Part shown: piece after piece, positions 11,715-23,630 of the stretch
Numbering within the stretch: position 1 is the first letter of the stretch
Layout: each line of letters opens with the position of its first letter
Origin: Octopus bimaculoides
Taxonomy: Eukaryota
Assembly: GCF_001194135.2 (NCBI RefSeq)
Contig: NC_068986.1
Coordinates: 34,947,500 to 34,986,969, forward strand
Reading direction: 5' to 3'
Length of the DNA stretch: 39,470 nucleotides
Program-made: the position numbers and the translations under genes
The notes under the pieces: generated by a model
Told to the model about the DNA's origin: nothing
What the model saw: only the letters and a program-made list of their open reading frames with translations
Databases searched by the model: none

Positions 11715-12058
11715 CCCTCGAACGGTTTAGTCAAATAAATGAGCACCAGTACTTAGCTTTAAGTCTAGTATTCATTTTATCAATTACTTTTGCCAAACTG
11801 CTAGGTTACAAGGTCATAAACAAAGCAACACTGGTTGTCAAGCAGTGGGAGGTGGACAGATACCACAACGACACACACACACATACACACGTATATGATG
11901 GGCTTCTTCACAGTTTCCACATACCAAATCCACTCAAAGGCACTGGTCATCTCAGGGCTACAGTAGAAAACAATTGCCCAAGGTGCTGTGCAGTGGGACT
12001 GAACTCAAAACCACAAGGTTTCAAAGAGAACTTCTTAACCACACAGCCATGCCAGTGC
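11715..12058 (-). mobile_element. Divergent SINE-A-related subfamily copy
   Basis: Same architecture with diagnostic variants (GCTAAGTACT, GTGGAAACTGTGAAG). Confidence 0.8.
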
Positions 12059-12102
12059 CTGGAATTATTTTGAATATAATTGGTGATGGAATGATATAAA
12101 GT

Positions 12103-12508
12103 ACTCTTTTACTTGTTTCAGTCATTTGACTGCGGCCATGTTGGAGCACCGCCTTTAGTCGAGCAAATCGACCCCAAGACTTATTCTTTGGAAGCCTAGT
12201 ACTTATTCTATCGGTCTCTTTTGCTGAACCGCTAAGTTACGGGGACGTAAACACACCACCATCGGTTATCAAGCGATGGTGGGGGGACAAACACAGACAC
12301 ACAAACATACATATATATATACATATATATATGTATACATATATACGACGGGCTTCTTTCAGTTTCCATCTACCGAATCTACTCACAAGGCTTTGGTCGA
12401 CCTGAGGCTATAATGGAAGACACTTGCCCAAGGTTCTACGCAGTGGGAATGAACCAGGAACCATGTGGTTGGTAAGCAAGGTACTTACCACACAGCCACT
12501 CCTGTGCC
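12103..12508 (-). mobile_element. SINE-A, full length
   Basis: Reverse-complement match to 11251-11652. Confidence 0.92.
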
Positions 12509-12696
12509 TTTTGGAAAATAATTACCACTAAAAAGTGAAGTTTCAAGATGACTCATGCCCATACTTGTAAATAGTTTCTCTGACTTTAATAATGACCATA
12601 TTTTCTCTCCATTTTCTTCTTAAGTTAGAAGTACCACTTAGCATCCAGATATCAGTCGGAGCAATAACCGTCTGGTCATTAAAACACTAATCTTAC

Positions 12697-12719
12697 TCGT
12701 CAGGGCAATTAAAAACCAT
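12697..12719 (-). CDS. Candidate 23-nt microexon
   Basis: Minus-strand atatttacag|atggtttttaattgccctgacga|gtaaga; phase-compatible with the 28-nt candidate in two frames. Confidence 0.28.
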
Positions 12720-13047
12720 CTGTAAATATTGCCAGCATTATGTAATGCAATATAATTCCAATGAGGTAGGCCTCTATGAGGTTGCTAAACTTGTTAGAAA
12801 TAGCAGCCTAATCTCCCTCAGATTGTACCCTACTGTCTTAAATAAGGAAAGAATACATTAGATAACATTGTCCAAAATACCTCTAATATAAAATAGTATG
12901 GTCATGGGTTTTCTTGAGCAGAGCAGACTTGGGATCATACAGTAAGTGGTTATATGATTCCATGAGATGACTGTTGTGGTTAAAATGCTGGAGACTGATC
13001 CAAGAGTTTTGAATTCATATTACATCAAGATATTTATATTGTTTCCT

Positions 13048-13870
13048 CATCATCATCATCGTCGTTTAACGTCCGCTTTCCATGCTAGCATGGGTTGGAC
13101 GATCTGACTGGAGACTGGTGAACCAGGTGGTTACACCAGGCTCCAATCTGATTTGGCAGAGTTTCTACAGCTGGATGCCCTTCCTAACGCCAACCACTCA
13201 GAGAGTGTAGTGGGTACTTTTACGTGCCACCGGCACGAAGGCCAGTCAGGCGGTACTGGCAATGGCCACGCTCAAATTGGTGTCTTTTACGTGCCACCTG
13301 CACAAGAGCCAGTCCAGCGGCACTGGCAACGATCTCGCTTGAATGTCTTTATATGTGCCTATCTTTTACTTGTTTCAGTCATTAGAATTTGGCCATGCTG
13401 GAGCACTACCTTCTAGTCAAATGAATCGACCCAAGTATTTTCTTTTTAAAGCCTGGTACTCATGGGTTTTCTTGAGCAGTAAGTGGTTATATGATTCCAT
13501 GAGATGACTGTTGTGGTTAAAATGCTGGAGACTGATCCAAGAGTTTTGAATTCATATTACATCAAGATATTTATATTGTTTCATCATCATCATCATCGTC
13601 GTTGAACTGCTCAGTTATGGGACGTAAACACATCAACACTGGTTGTCAAACAGTAGGGTGGTGGGGAACACAGACACAAACACACATATATACCTATATA
13701 TATACATACATTGAGCTTCTTTCAGTTTCTGTCTACCTAATCTACTCACATGACTTTCATCAGCCCAATGCTATAATAGAAGACACTTGCCCAAGGTGCT
13801 GCACAATGGGACTGAACCAGGAACCATGTGGTTGGGAAGCAAGCTTCTTACTGCACAGTCATGCCTGTAG
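13048..13870 (-). mobile_element. Composite: family-B SINE (13048-13345), SINE tail (13361-13455), duplicated flank (13460-13603) and SINE-A partial (13603-13870)
   Basis: Family motifs; 13460-13603 duplicates 12902-13066 with a 21-nt deletion. Confidence 0.8.
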
Positions 13871-13900
13871 CTATTTAAAAAGTTTTTTTTTTCTTTCTTA

Positions 13901-14190
13901 TATGGTTGTGTGGTTTAGAAGCTCACTTTGTAACTACTCTGTTTCACGTTCAGTCCTTCTTTGCATAGTGTGTGTGAGTGTACATGCATGTGCTTGTGTC
14001 CCACCCCACTGCTTGACAACTGGTGTTGGTTTGTTTATGTCTAGTAATTTATTAATTCAGCAAAAAAGATCAATAGAATAAGCATCAAACTTTAAAAAAT
14101 ATAAGTACTGGGGCCAATTTATTTGAGTGAATCCTTCAAGGCAGTAACCCAGTACAGCTGCAGTCAGATGACTGCAACAAATAAAAGATA
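13901..14190 (+). mobile_element. Old degenerate SINE-A-related copy
   Basis: 'ccactgcttgacaactggtgttggt', 'aataagtactggggccaat' and tail motifs. Confidence 0.7.
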
Positions 14191-14374
14191 AATGCTGTGG
14201 TTAGTCAGAAGAAGGGCAGTACTTGGGGACCATTTTAGAAAGATCTTTGAGACTGGTGGAAGGAAAAGAATACTGTTCTGAATACTTACAACAAAGTGAA
14301 TTCTACTAAAGCCACCAAAATGTCAAGTGGTGGAGTTTATGATTTTCACTAAAATTATTTGTCTCAAGCGAGCT

Positions 14375-14670
14375 AGATCATTGCCAGTGCTGCTGGACTG
14401 GCTCCTGTGCAGGTGGCACGTAAAACACACCATTTTGAGTGTGGCCGTTGTCAGTACCTCCTGACTGGCCTTCGTGCCGGTGGCATGTAAAAGCACTCAC
14501 TACACTCTCAGAGTGGTTGGCGTTAGGAAGGGCATCCAGCTGTAGAAACTCTACCAAATCAGATTGGAGCCTGGTGTAGCCATCTGGTTTCACCAGTCCT
14601 CAGTCAAATCGTCCAACCCATGCTAGTATGGAAAGCGGACGTTAAACGATGATGATGATGATGATGATGA
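14375..14670 (+). mobile_element. Family-B SINE with (GAT)n tail
   Basis: Near-consensus match to 8336-8655. Confidence 0.88.
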
Positions 14671-14911
14671 ATTTACGGCCTTTGTAGTTTCTGATGGTCA
14701 AGTAGGGAAGGTACTGGACAACCAGAGACAACTGAACAGTCAGGCAGTTCAAAGCCTGACACCAGCCGTGAGTTGTGTCTAAAGCAAAGACACTTAAACT
14801 TTGAAATGGCTCAGTTCACCTTGAAATAGATGCTACAGCTGGGACACAGCTTACTCCAGCAACAGTGAATAAAGAAAGAAATGGTTCAGTGTTGTTATAG
14901 TCTTTTGTATA

Positions 14912-15110
14912 TGTTGTTGTTTAGCCCTTGGTATCTCTGATTGAACAGACCTATGATCAAAGATCATCAAGACATGACCATCCCAACCTTATTTTTTTAT
15001 TTTTTTTTTTTTTCAGGCATCAGTGTGTCTTGAACAATGCTTACTAAATATTACCTGTTTATTTTTTAAAGAGGGTAGAATGTAATTTGAGATAGATTTG
15101 ATCCGAATCC
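14912..15110 (-). mobile_element. Fourth repeat family (D) ending in (CAA)n; related pieces at ~12780-12905 and ~21890-22080
   Basis: Shared 'ctttgatcataggtct', 'atggtcatg' and 'gaaatagcagcc/tagcagccaaatc' motifs; probably a LINE/SINE 3' end. Confidence 0.55.
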
Positions 15111-15194
15111 AAGGGAAGTAACTCTAATGAACACGTTTTCTTACTGAGTTTTATTGTTCCAAACACAGATACAAACATACACAAACACATATAA

Positions 15195-15352
15195 AGAATG
15201 AGCTTTTTTCAGTCTGTCCATCAAATCCACTCACAAGGATCAAGCCTATTGTAGAAGGCACTTAGCCAAGGTTCCACGCAGTGGGACTGAACCCAAAACC
15301 ATGTGGTTCGGGAAGCAAGCTTTTCACTACACAGGCCACACACATATGTATA

Positions 15353-15385
<33 letters not shown>

Positions 15386-15470
15386 NNNNNNNNNNNNNNN
15401 NNNNNNNNNNNNNNNNNNNNNNNNNNNNNNNNNNNNNNNNNNNNNNNNNNNNNNNNNNNNNNNNNNNNNN

Positions 15471-15517
<47 letters not shown>

Positions 15518-15870
15518 TACATATATATGTATGTATGTATATACCTTGGGCAAATGTCTTCTACTATAGCCTTGGGCTGACCAAAGCCTTGTGAATGGAT
15601 TTGGTAGACAGAAACTGAAAGAAGCCCATCGTATATATATATATATATATGTATATGTATGTATGTATGTGTGTGTCCCACCACCAACATTGCTTGACAA
15701 CCAATGCTGGTGTGTTTACATCTCCGTAACTTAGCAGTTCAGCAAAAGAGACTGATAGAATAAGTACTAGGCTTACAAATAATAAGTCCTGGGGTTGATT
15801 TGCTTGACTAAAAGCAGTGCTCCAGCATGGCTGCAGTCAAAATGACTGAAACAAGCAAAAGGAAACATAA
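15195..15870. mobile_element. Head-to-head SINE-A pieces (- 15195-15350; + 15543-15870) around (TA)n and a gap
   Basis: Family motifs; N-gap at 15386-15470 inside the microsatellite. Confidence 0.82.
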
Positions 15871-15907
15871 AGGAATATATATATGTATATTCATATATGT
15901 ATGCATG

Positions 15908-15938
<31 letters not shown>

Positions 15939-16682
15939 ATGTATGTATATGTATATATTCCTCCCTTCCCAAATCTATCTGAGATGATGCAAATGTCATG
16001 GGGGTGTTGACTGTCCTCCTTTGAGCGTGCCATGCACACACATAAACATACAAACACATGCATGCAGACATGCACTAATACACACATTCGTATGTCAATA
16101 AACACACACAAACACAAGTGCCCTGTGTATAAATGAATTGTTTTTCCTTGAAGCACATTCACATCACACACACACACACAGATAGTTCCATAAAAAAAAT
16201 GTGACAAGGTAGAATAGGAAACACAAGGACAAAGAGATAGGGAGAGAGGGAGAGGAGAGAGGGAGAGAAAGAGAAAGGCAAATGTGGAAATGTTTCTTTT
16301 TTTTTTTCTTTTCTGTTCTTTTGTGCTGTTAGTCTGCTGATGTTGTTCTATAACCTTATAACCGTTATCTGACCTTTATTTCAGGAAGGCAACAATTATG
16401 TATGAATCTACTGAATAACACCAAAATAATCTACTTTCTCACTTGTTTTGCTCTCACCTAAACATGTCTCCTATTACCAATTCCTATTAAAATTTGATTT
16501 ACACACTGGATGCTTTGTAGGAATTGTAGCAGGGCTGGAGTCCTCTCTGGTCCCCCGAAGAAAAATATCTAAACTTTGAAATGAAATTTTTGCTTCTTAT
16601 GCTATAACATGTTCTTGATGCGTTTGGTTATCAGGAAAGATTATCAAAAATTGTGACGTATAACCTTTATAAATAAGCAACA

Positions 16683-16785
16683 AATTGGCAGAGTTTTCGA
16701 CTTGGCAATGGAATGCTTTGTGGTTTTCATTTGTGCTGTCTGCATTCTGAGTTCAAATCCTGCTGAGATCAACTTTTATCTTTCT
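16683..16785 (+). mobile_element. Family-C SINE head
   Basis: TTGGCAGAG...TTCTGAGTTCAAATCCTGCTGAGATCAACTTT. Confidence 0.65.
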
Positions 16786-17058
16786 GGTGTCAGTTCTTCA
16801 GTCTGTATCTCCAGTTATCTATCTTTCCCACTATTTATAAGTCTGTCTGTCTGTCTGTTTCTGTTTTTTTTTAATTTTAGTTTTTTTAAATCTATTTCTT
16901 GTTCTGAATTGACTAACCACTGCTGCTATGTAAAAAAAAGCACACCACCACACCACCACACCAACTACACTCTGTCCATTACACTATTTCCAATTTTGCT
17001 TCTTTTTTTTTTAAATTTAAATTTGTTAATTTGTCAAAATGAGGATTGAATGACATAA

Positions 17059-17148
17059 AGACCACCACCACCACCACCACCACCACAACAGTGACCAACA
17101 CCACTACTTTGTATAGAGGAAGGCCAGGTTGCTATAACAACATCAACA

Positions 17149-17200
<52 letters not shown>
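17059..17200. repeat. (ACC)n and (ACT)n microsatellites
   Basis: Directly visible trinucleotide runs. Confidence 0.9.
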
Positions 17201-17684
17201 TTCAGGTGACACTTCGCTGAGTCATTACTCATCAAGGAGTTAATTATTATGTCAGCTGTTCACCATGAAGTAAAGACACATAATTAAATTACAAAAAGTA
17301 CAACACTCACCCCCACCCCACCTCAACCATCCATCCATCCACCCACCCACTCCACACCATACCATTCTCCCACTTTCACTGTTTCACACTGGGTTTACAA
17401 GAAAGATCAAGAAATAGAACAAAAACAACAATAACAACAATAACAACAATTTATAAAATATTTCACCCACCATCCATTCAGTTGTAATAAAGTTTTGCTT
17501 AATTAGATAAATTTCGAAGCCACATAAAGATTGTTACCATCATTTGTTACATTTCAATCAAATAAATTAACGAACTAATGAAATATATCTCAATCAATTT
17601 CTTCCCTGAATCTATACACATCTATGTCTTTGAGGCATTAAATTAATTTTATATGATATAATGAAAAACAAACAACAATAACAG

Positions 17685-18325
17685 GCACAGACATGGCTGT
17701 GTGGTAAGAAGTTTGTTTCCCAACCACATATTTCTGGGTTCAGTCCCATAACATGGCACCATTGGTAAATATCTTCTACTATAGCCCTGGGTCGACTAAA
17801 GCCTTGTGAATGGATTTGGCAAACATAAACAGAAAAAAGCCCTGTGTGTGTGTGTGTGTGTGTAGGTGCAGGCATGGCTGTGTGGTAAGAAGCTTGCTTC
17901 CCACATGGTTCTGGGTTCAGTCCCATTACGTGACATCTTGGACAAATGTCTTTTACTATAGCCTCATGCCAACCAAAGCATTATGAGTGGATTTGGTAGG
18001 TGGAAACTGAAACAAGCCCGTCATATATATATATATATATGTATATGTATGTGTGTCGTTGTGCCTGTGTTTATTCCCCACCACTGCTTGACAATTGATG
18101 TTGGTGTGTTTATGTCCCTGTAACTTAATGGTTTGGCAAAAAGAGACTGATAGAATAAGTACCAGGCTTAAAAAAAAAAGTCCTGGGATTGAGTTGTTTG
18201 ACTAAAACCCTTCAGGAGGTGTCCCAACATGGCTGCAGCCAAATGACTGAAACAAGTAAACACGCCAGCATCGGTTGTCAAGCGATGGTGGGGGGGACAA
18301 ACACAGACACACAAACACACATACA

Positions 18326-18392
<67 letters not shown>
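17685..18392. mobile_element. Two tandem SINE-A copies (+) fused at 'gtaaa' to a reversed SINE-A fragment running into a gap
   Basis: Family motifs; orientation switch at ~18255-18260. Confidence 0.8.
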
Positions 18393-18917
18393 NNNNNNNN
18401 NNNNNNNNNNNNNNNNNNNNNNNNNNNNNNNNNNNNNNNNNNNNNNNNNNNNNNNNNNNNNNNNNNNNNNNNNNNNNNNNNNNNNNNNNNNNNNNNNNNN
18501 NNNNNNNNNNNNNNNNNNNNNNNNNNNNNNNNNNNNNNNNCATCTGTGGATAAATTCAAAATTTGATGATATCACCAGTAGTAGCATTGGTGGAACGCAG
18601 TTATGATAGCTTTAAGGAGCTATGAAATATCGTAATGATGCTTAATGAGCATCTAGCTGCTAGAAATAAGAGCCAAGTCTTAAATAATCCACCGTAGCGC
18701 ACCAATATAACAGAAAAACAGTATGCGAGGAAAACAGACCGAATTAAAACATTTAACAACACAAATATAAATTTTATGCAATTACGGATATCCACAAACC
18801 AGGTTTCTGCTTTTGGTTATTCAACCTTGAGCTTCGTCAGTGTGGACCACCAGTTTAAATTCATGACTGTTCACGTTAATCTCTGACTGTGTAACTGGTT
18901 TTGTTTTGCGCCAAAAT

Positions 18918-19095
18918 CATATATATATATATACATATATACGATGGGCTTCTTTCAGTTTCCATCTACCAAATCCACTTACAAGGCTTTGGTCAGCCTG
19001 AGGCTATAGTAGAAGACATTTGCCCAAGGTGCCACGCAGTGGGACTGAACCTGGAACCATGTGGTTGGTAAGCAAGCTACTTACCACACAGCTGT
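18918..19095 (-). mobile_element. SINE-A 5' half
   Basis: Head and core modules on the reverse strand. Confidence 0.85.
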
Positions 19096-19751
19096 TTATA
19101 TTTCTACAATAAACTAACTATTTTAGCAATTTTTTTAGCAGCTCTTAATAATATTTAATAATAAAAATATAATAGGATTTTTTAAACACTGAATGGCTAT
19201 AAAGGTCCACTCAATGAAAATAGGAATCAAAAGGGTGCATAGGCAAATAATGGTTGTGACCCACTGATTTACAGTATTTAGCAAGGAACCAAGTGGAGTG
19301 AACAATTTAGAGTTGATATTTTACCACATTAACTGCCACAGCCTGTTATCAGAACTCATTTCATGCGCTATTGCTCTCAGTGTAGCGACAGCTGTGACAA
19401 AAAGAGGTATCTGTGTGTTCAACTTATTTCATAATTAAAGTTTAATATTTAGCTCTCAAGTTATTTCAATATCCTCAAAACCGTGTTAAAAATACAGAAT
19501 AAAATGTTATCTCAAATTATGAAAGTGTACAACTAGTACCACAAGTAGTGCACAAGTAGTTTCTGATGAACCACCAGTGGTACATGTGGCAGTTAATTTG
19601 TTAACTCTCCAACCCATGCCAGCATGAAACATAGACGTTAAGTGAAATGCTAAAAGAAACTTTTCAACTCATATATGTATATAAAGTAAAAACACGTAAT
19701 TCAAAAACACGTTTTGTGTAGCTTATTTTGTAACCAAAAAACAGGTACAAA

Positions 19752-19946
19752 TTATAAACAATGAAAGGCCGGCTTTGGTGATTCATTTGACAGATGTGTT
19801 AGAGAGCCAATCCGATGATAAATATGACCTTCTATCTTGAAAGTTTGTTTGAATCCTGGCTCAGTTAAATGGCTTGTGGCTCAAAATGATATCACCTGTA
19901 GTGCAGCACTGTATTGTCCAATTTTATTTTGGAAGTGCTTGGAATC
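19752..19946 (-). mobile_element. Helitron Rep/helicase coding fragment (decayed)
   Basis: Minus-strand translation DSKHFQNKIGQYSAALQVISF*ATSHLTEPGFKQTFKIEGHIYHRIGSL resembles the conserved Helitron N-terminal motif SKHF...IR.YN.AF.MTSFG...GF.PTFKIQGQVYH.IGSL. Confidence 0.75.
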
Positions 19947-20052
19947 TTAGTCAGCTGATGACACCATTTTCTTCAATGGCTCATCATTATCATCATTTAG
20001 CATCTGCTTTCCATGCTAAAAAAATGTGTAAATTACATGGGTTTTTATGGTA

Positions 20053-20516
20053 TACTCTTTTACTCTTTTACTTGTTTCAGTCATTTGACTGTGGCCATGC
20101 TAGAGCACTGCCTTTAGTTGAGCAAATCAACCCCAGGACTTATTCTTTGTAAGCCTAGTCCTTATTCTATCGGTCTCTCTTGCCGAACCGCTAAGTTACA
20201 GGGACGTAAACACACCAGCATTGGTTGTCAAATGATGTTGGGGAGACAAACACAGACACACAAACATATACACACACATACATATATATATACATATATA
20301 CAACGGGCTTTTTTCCAGTTTCCATCTACCAAATCCAATCACAAGGCTTTGGTCGGCCCGAGGCTATAGCAGAAGACACTTGCCCAAGGTGCCACGTAGT
20401 GGGACTGAACCCGGAACCATGTGGTTGGTAAGCAAGCTACTTCATTTCATAAATATTTGCCATAAAGGCATTACAAAGATGGGACAAACAAGGACTACAC
20501 AGCCACTCCTACGCCT
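20053..20516 (-). mobile_element. SINE-A whose tRNA head is interrupted by a ~54-bp insert (~20443-20496)
   Basis: 'gctactt' and 'acacagccactcctacgcct' are separated by unrelated sequence. Confidence 0.85.
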
Positions 20517-21562
20517 GTATATGTATATAATATCACCATCATCATCATATAATATCTGTTCTCCATGCTGGTATGCTGGACGGTATAATGCTTATGTTTT
20601 CTGTATAAATTTACTAAAACCATTAAATGGTTAACTACTTTTTGAAGTTTGACATTCATGCTGATAATCACGGCCTGGGACATATTTTACTTGGTTGAGT
20701 ACAGTGTCATCCAAGCTGATGTTTATTGGTAATTAAACTTAATTTGCAACACCTGTGTGTACTTATCAGCTTTGTTTTTGTGCTGATAATTCTTATCAGC
20801 AACTTTTCCTGTGATCGTGATTTCAGAAGACATACAGCAGTATGCTAATGATTGGACATCATCTCTTGTGGGCAAGACATATAAACAAAGTGTTTATGTT
20901 ATAAACAACACAAATACTTTGTAATTTAATAGCTTTCAATGTGATACCTGCTAAACAGAAATTATTTTCATTTAGTGAAAATTTAATAAAATCTAATCAT
21001 AAGTAAGTGAAATTATGCTAAATACAACCAAATTGAAAACCTTTTTCCCCTGGCCAAATCAGCAACTCTGAAAACTGTTGGGTGCAAATTTCACAGTAGT
21101 GGAAGCTTTTTCCAACAATTTTTATCCTGAAAATCACCTTTGTAAATTACACAGGTGCACAAATTACATGGATTTTTACATTTCCCTCATCTCATCAGTG
21201 TCATTGCAGACACATATCTCCATGTTGAGTGACATTGGTTTAACAGTACTTTTGCAGCCGTACATTTCCCCAATTACATAATGGTTCATAGAAACAAACT
21301 GCCTTGCAATTTTGGTATACTTCATTTTTCTTATTCTCATATTACTGAACACTACTGAATCTCCTTCTGTTAGTTTATCTCTTGTTTAGATACAAACCTT
21401 CTAGTTTGTTCTTATCACCTCTTTCAGGCTTGTCATGAATCTCTTCTGAAATCTCTTCAGTGTACTATCTCTACCCATCATCACCACCATACGACCTCCT
21501 GTCAGGCTGGGAAACTGTTACACCCAAAAGCATGGTTCATATTTTCACAGCAGATTATTTAA

Positions 21563-21782
21563 CCCTTTGGTGTTTAAACCGGCTATATCCAGCCCAAATA
21601 TTCTACTCATTTTATGCTCAAACTGGCCAGAACCAGTATCTCACACCTACTTTGCCATGTCATTCTAAAAATAAACAATTACATCTTTCAAATCTTGAAG
21701 CTACAAGATAATACTAGATTAACTTTTAAAAATGTAAATGAATAAGGATTACTTTTGACATATTAATTTGAATGCTAAAGGG
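21563..21782. mobile_element. piggyBac-type MITE (220 bp)
   Basis: TTAA TSDs (21559-21562, 21783-21786); 16-bp imperfect TIRs CCCTTTGGTGTTTAAA / TTTGAATGCTAAAGGG differing only by transitions. Confidence 0.75.
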
Positions 21783-22084
21783 TTAAATATATCAACTATG
21801 TTTGAAGTTATTTCCTTTTGAAAGTGCCAATCCCAATCATCAGATTCCATCTCTTGTCACAACACATTCTACATAGTTGCTTGACTTGCTAGATCTAGCA
21901 GCCAAATCACCCCAAAATCACACCCTACCATCAAAATAAGAAATGGCACACTAGTAAATGTAACCCTAGTTAATCTTAAAAAAAAATAGATGGAATGGTC
22001 ATGGCTAGAACGTCTTTGATCATAGGTCTCCTCACTCATGATCAATCTGGGATTGAACAATGGTAACAACAACAGCAACAGCAG

Positions 22085-22299
22085 TAGCAGCACTCAAAAC
22101 GTCTTACTCTTTTACTTGTTTCAGTCATTTGACTGCGGCCATGCTGGAGCACCACATTTAGTCAAGAAAATCAACCCCAGGACCTTTGTAAGCCTAGTAC
22201 TTATTCTATCAGTCTCTTTTTGCTGAACTGCTAAGTTACGGGGACATAAACACACCAGCATAGGTTGTCAAGCGATGGTGGGGGGACATAGACACACAA

Positions 22300-22350
<51 letters not shown>

Positions 22351-22523
22351 TACATATATATGACGGGCTTCTTTCAGTTTCCGTGTACCAAATCCACTCA
22401 CAAGGCTTTGGTCGGCCCAAGGCTATAGTAGAAGACACTTGTCAAAGGTGCCCCGCAGTGGACTGAACCCAGAACCATGTGGTTGGTAAGCAAGCTACTT
22501 ACCACACAGCCACTCCTGCGCCT
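22085..22523 (-). mobile_element. SINE-A, near full length
   Basis: Family modules. Confidence 0.9.
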
Positions 22524-22619
22524 TATTTTACAAGTCTTTGTTATCTGTCTTATATTTCTGCTGCTGCAGACCAATCTTTTATATTATAGATAATCCTATA
22601 ATAATTGATAATCAACCTG

Positions 22620-23070
22620 TCAAAGAAGCGCATGAGTTTTTGCTATCTTGGAAGTAGTATTATTACAAATCAATGCAATGACAGGAAAGAAATAAAACAA
22701 GGAAAAATTGCAATAGCAAAATCTGCTGTTATTTCTTTAAACCACATTTGGAAAAAAAATTGTCCAATAAATAAAAAAAGACCAGATAGAAACTGCTGTA
22801 TGCTTTGATATTTCTAACAGCAACATATGGATTTGAATGCTGGGATCTTAAACAAAAACAAAAACCTTGGAACAAATTAAAAAAGATAAAAAGAGAGTTT
22901 CTGAGTTTGGTGTAATGAATGGATGCTAAGAATAACTAGCTAGACCGAAAATAAAGAAAGAGGACAAATCAATGTGTAATGGAACAATTTGGAATTCAGT
23001 GGAGCTATACACAAGAACTCAGTTAGCAAGCTCTTAGATAATTTGAGCATGTTGTAAGGGAAGATGATAT
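22620..23070 (+). mobile_element. RTE-clade LINE 3' ORF fragment
   Basis: SFCYLGSSIITNQCNDRKEIK...IAIAKSAVISLNHIWKK resembles the RTE post-RT motif (F.YLGS.I......EI..RI..A..A...L..IW). Confidence 0.75.
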
Positions 23071-23230
23071 AAAAAGAAAATTTTGCTGATGTTAGAAAAG
23101 ACCATGGAAGAACATGAAGAGGGAGACCAAGGGAAAAACTGGACTGTTTTTATGATGGAAATAGCAAGATTGGTGATTTAGGATATATATATATATATCC
23201 AAAAGAAAAAATTTATATACATACATATAT

Positions 23231-23425
23231 ACTCTTTTACTTGTTTCAGTCAATTGACTACGGTCATGCTGGAGCACCACCTTTAGTTGAGTAAATCGAT
23301 CCTGGGACTTATTCTTTGTAAGTCTAGTACTTATTTTATCGGTCTCTTTTTGCCGAACTGCTAAGTTATGGGGACTTAAACACACCAGCATCAGTTGTCA
23401 AGCGATGGTGGGGGGACAAACACAG

Positions 23426-23467
<42 letters not shown>

Positions 23468-23630
23468 GACGGGCTTCTTTCAGTTTCTGTCTACCAAATC
23501 CACTCACAAGGCTTTGGTTGGCCCGAGGCTATAGTAGAAGACACTTGCCCAAGGTGCCATGCAGTGGGACTGAACCCGGAACCATGTGGTTGGTAAGCAA
23601 GCTACTTACCACACAGCCACTCCTGCGCCT
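23231..23630 (-). mobile_element. SINE-A, full length
   Basis: Family modules. Confidence 0.9.

Noticed and set aside
13153-13416. Repeated ORF 'AEFLQLDALPNANHSESVV...' (also 14378, 29668, 38724)
   Set aside because: Antisense translation of family-B SINE copies.
17046-17243. Thr/Tyr-rich ORF (mucin- or adhesive-like)
   Set aside because: Entirely (ACC)n and (ACT)n microsatellite, with no signal peptide or splice support.
18560-18900. Penelope-like fragment (CTGACGAAG...GCAGAAAC on the minus strand)
   Set aside because: The motif is too short to assign the class without a database search.
21176-21375. Minus-strand open stretch KLTEGDSVVFSNMRIRKMKYTK... vaguely like an OB-fold
   Set aside because: Poor splice sites, flanking stops and only impressionistic similarity; would need an HMM search.
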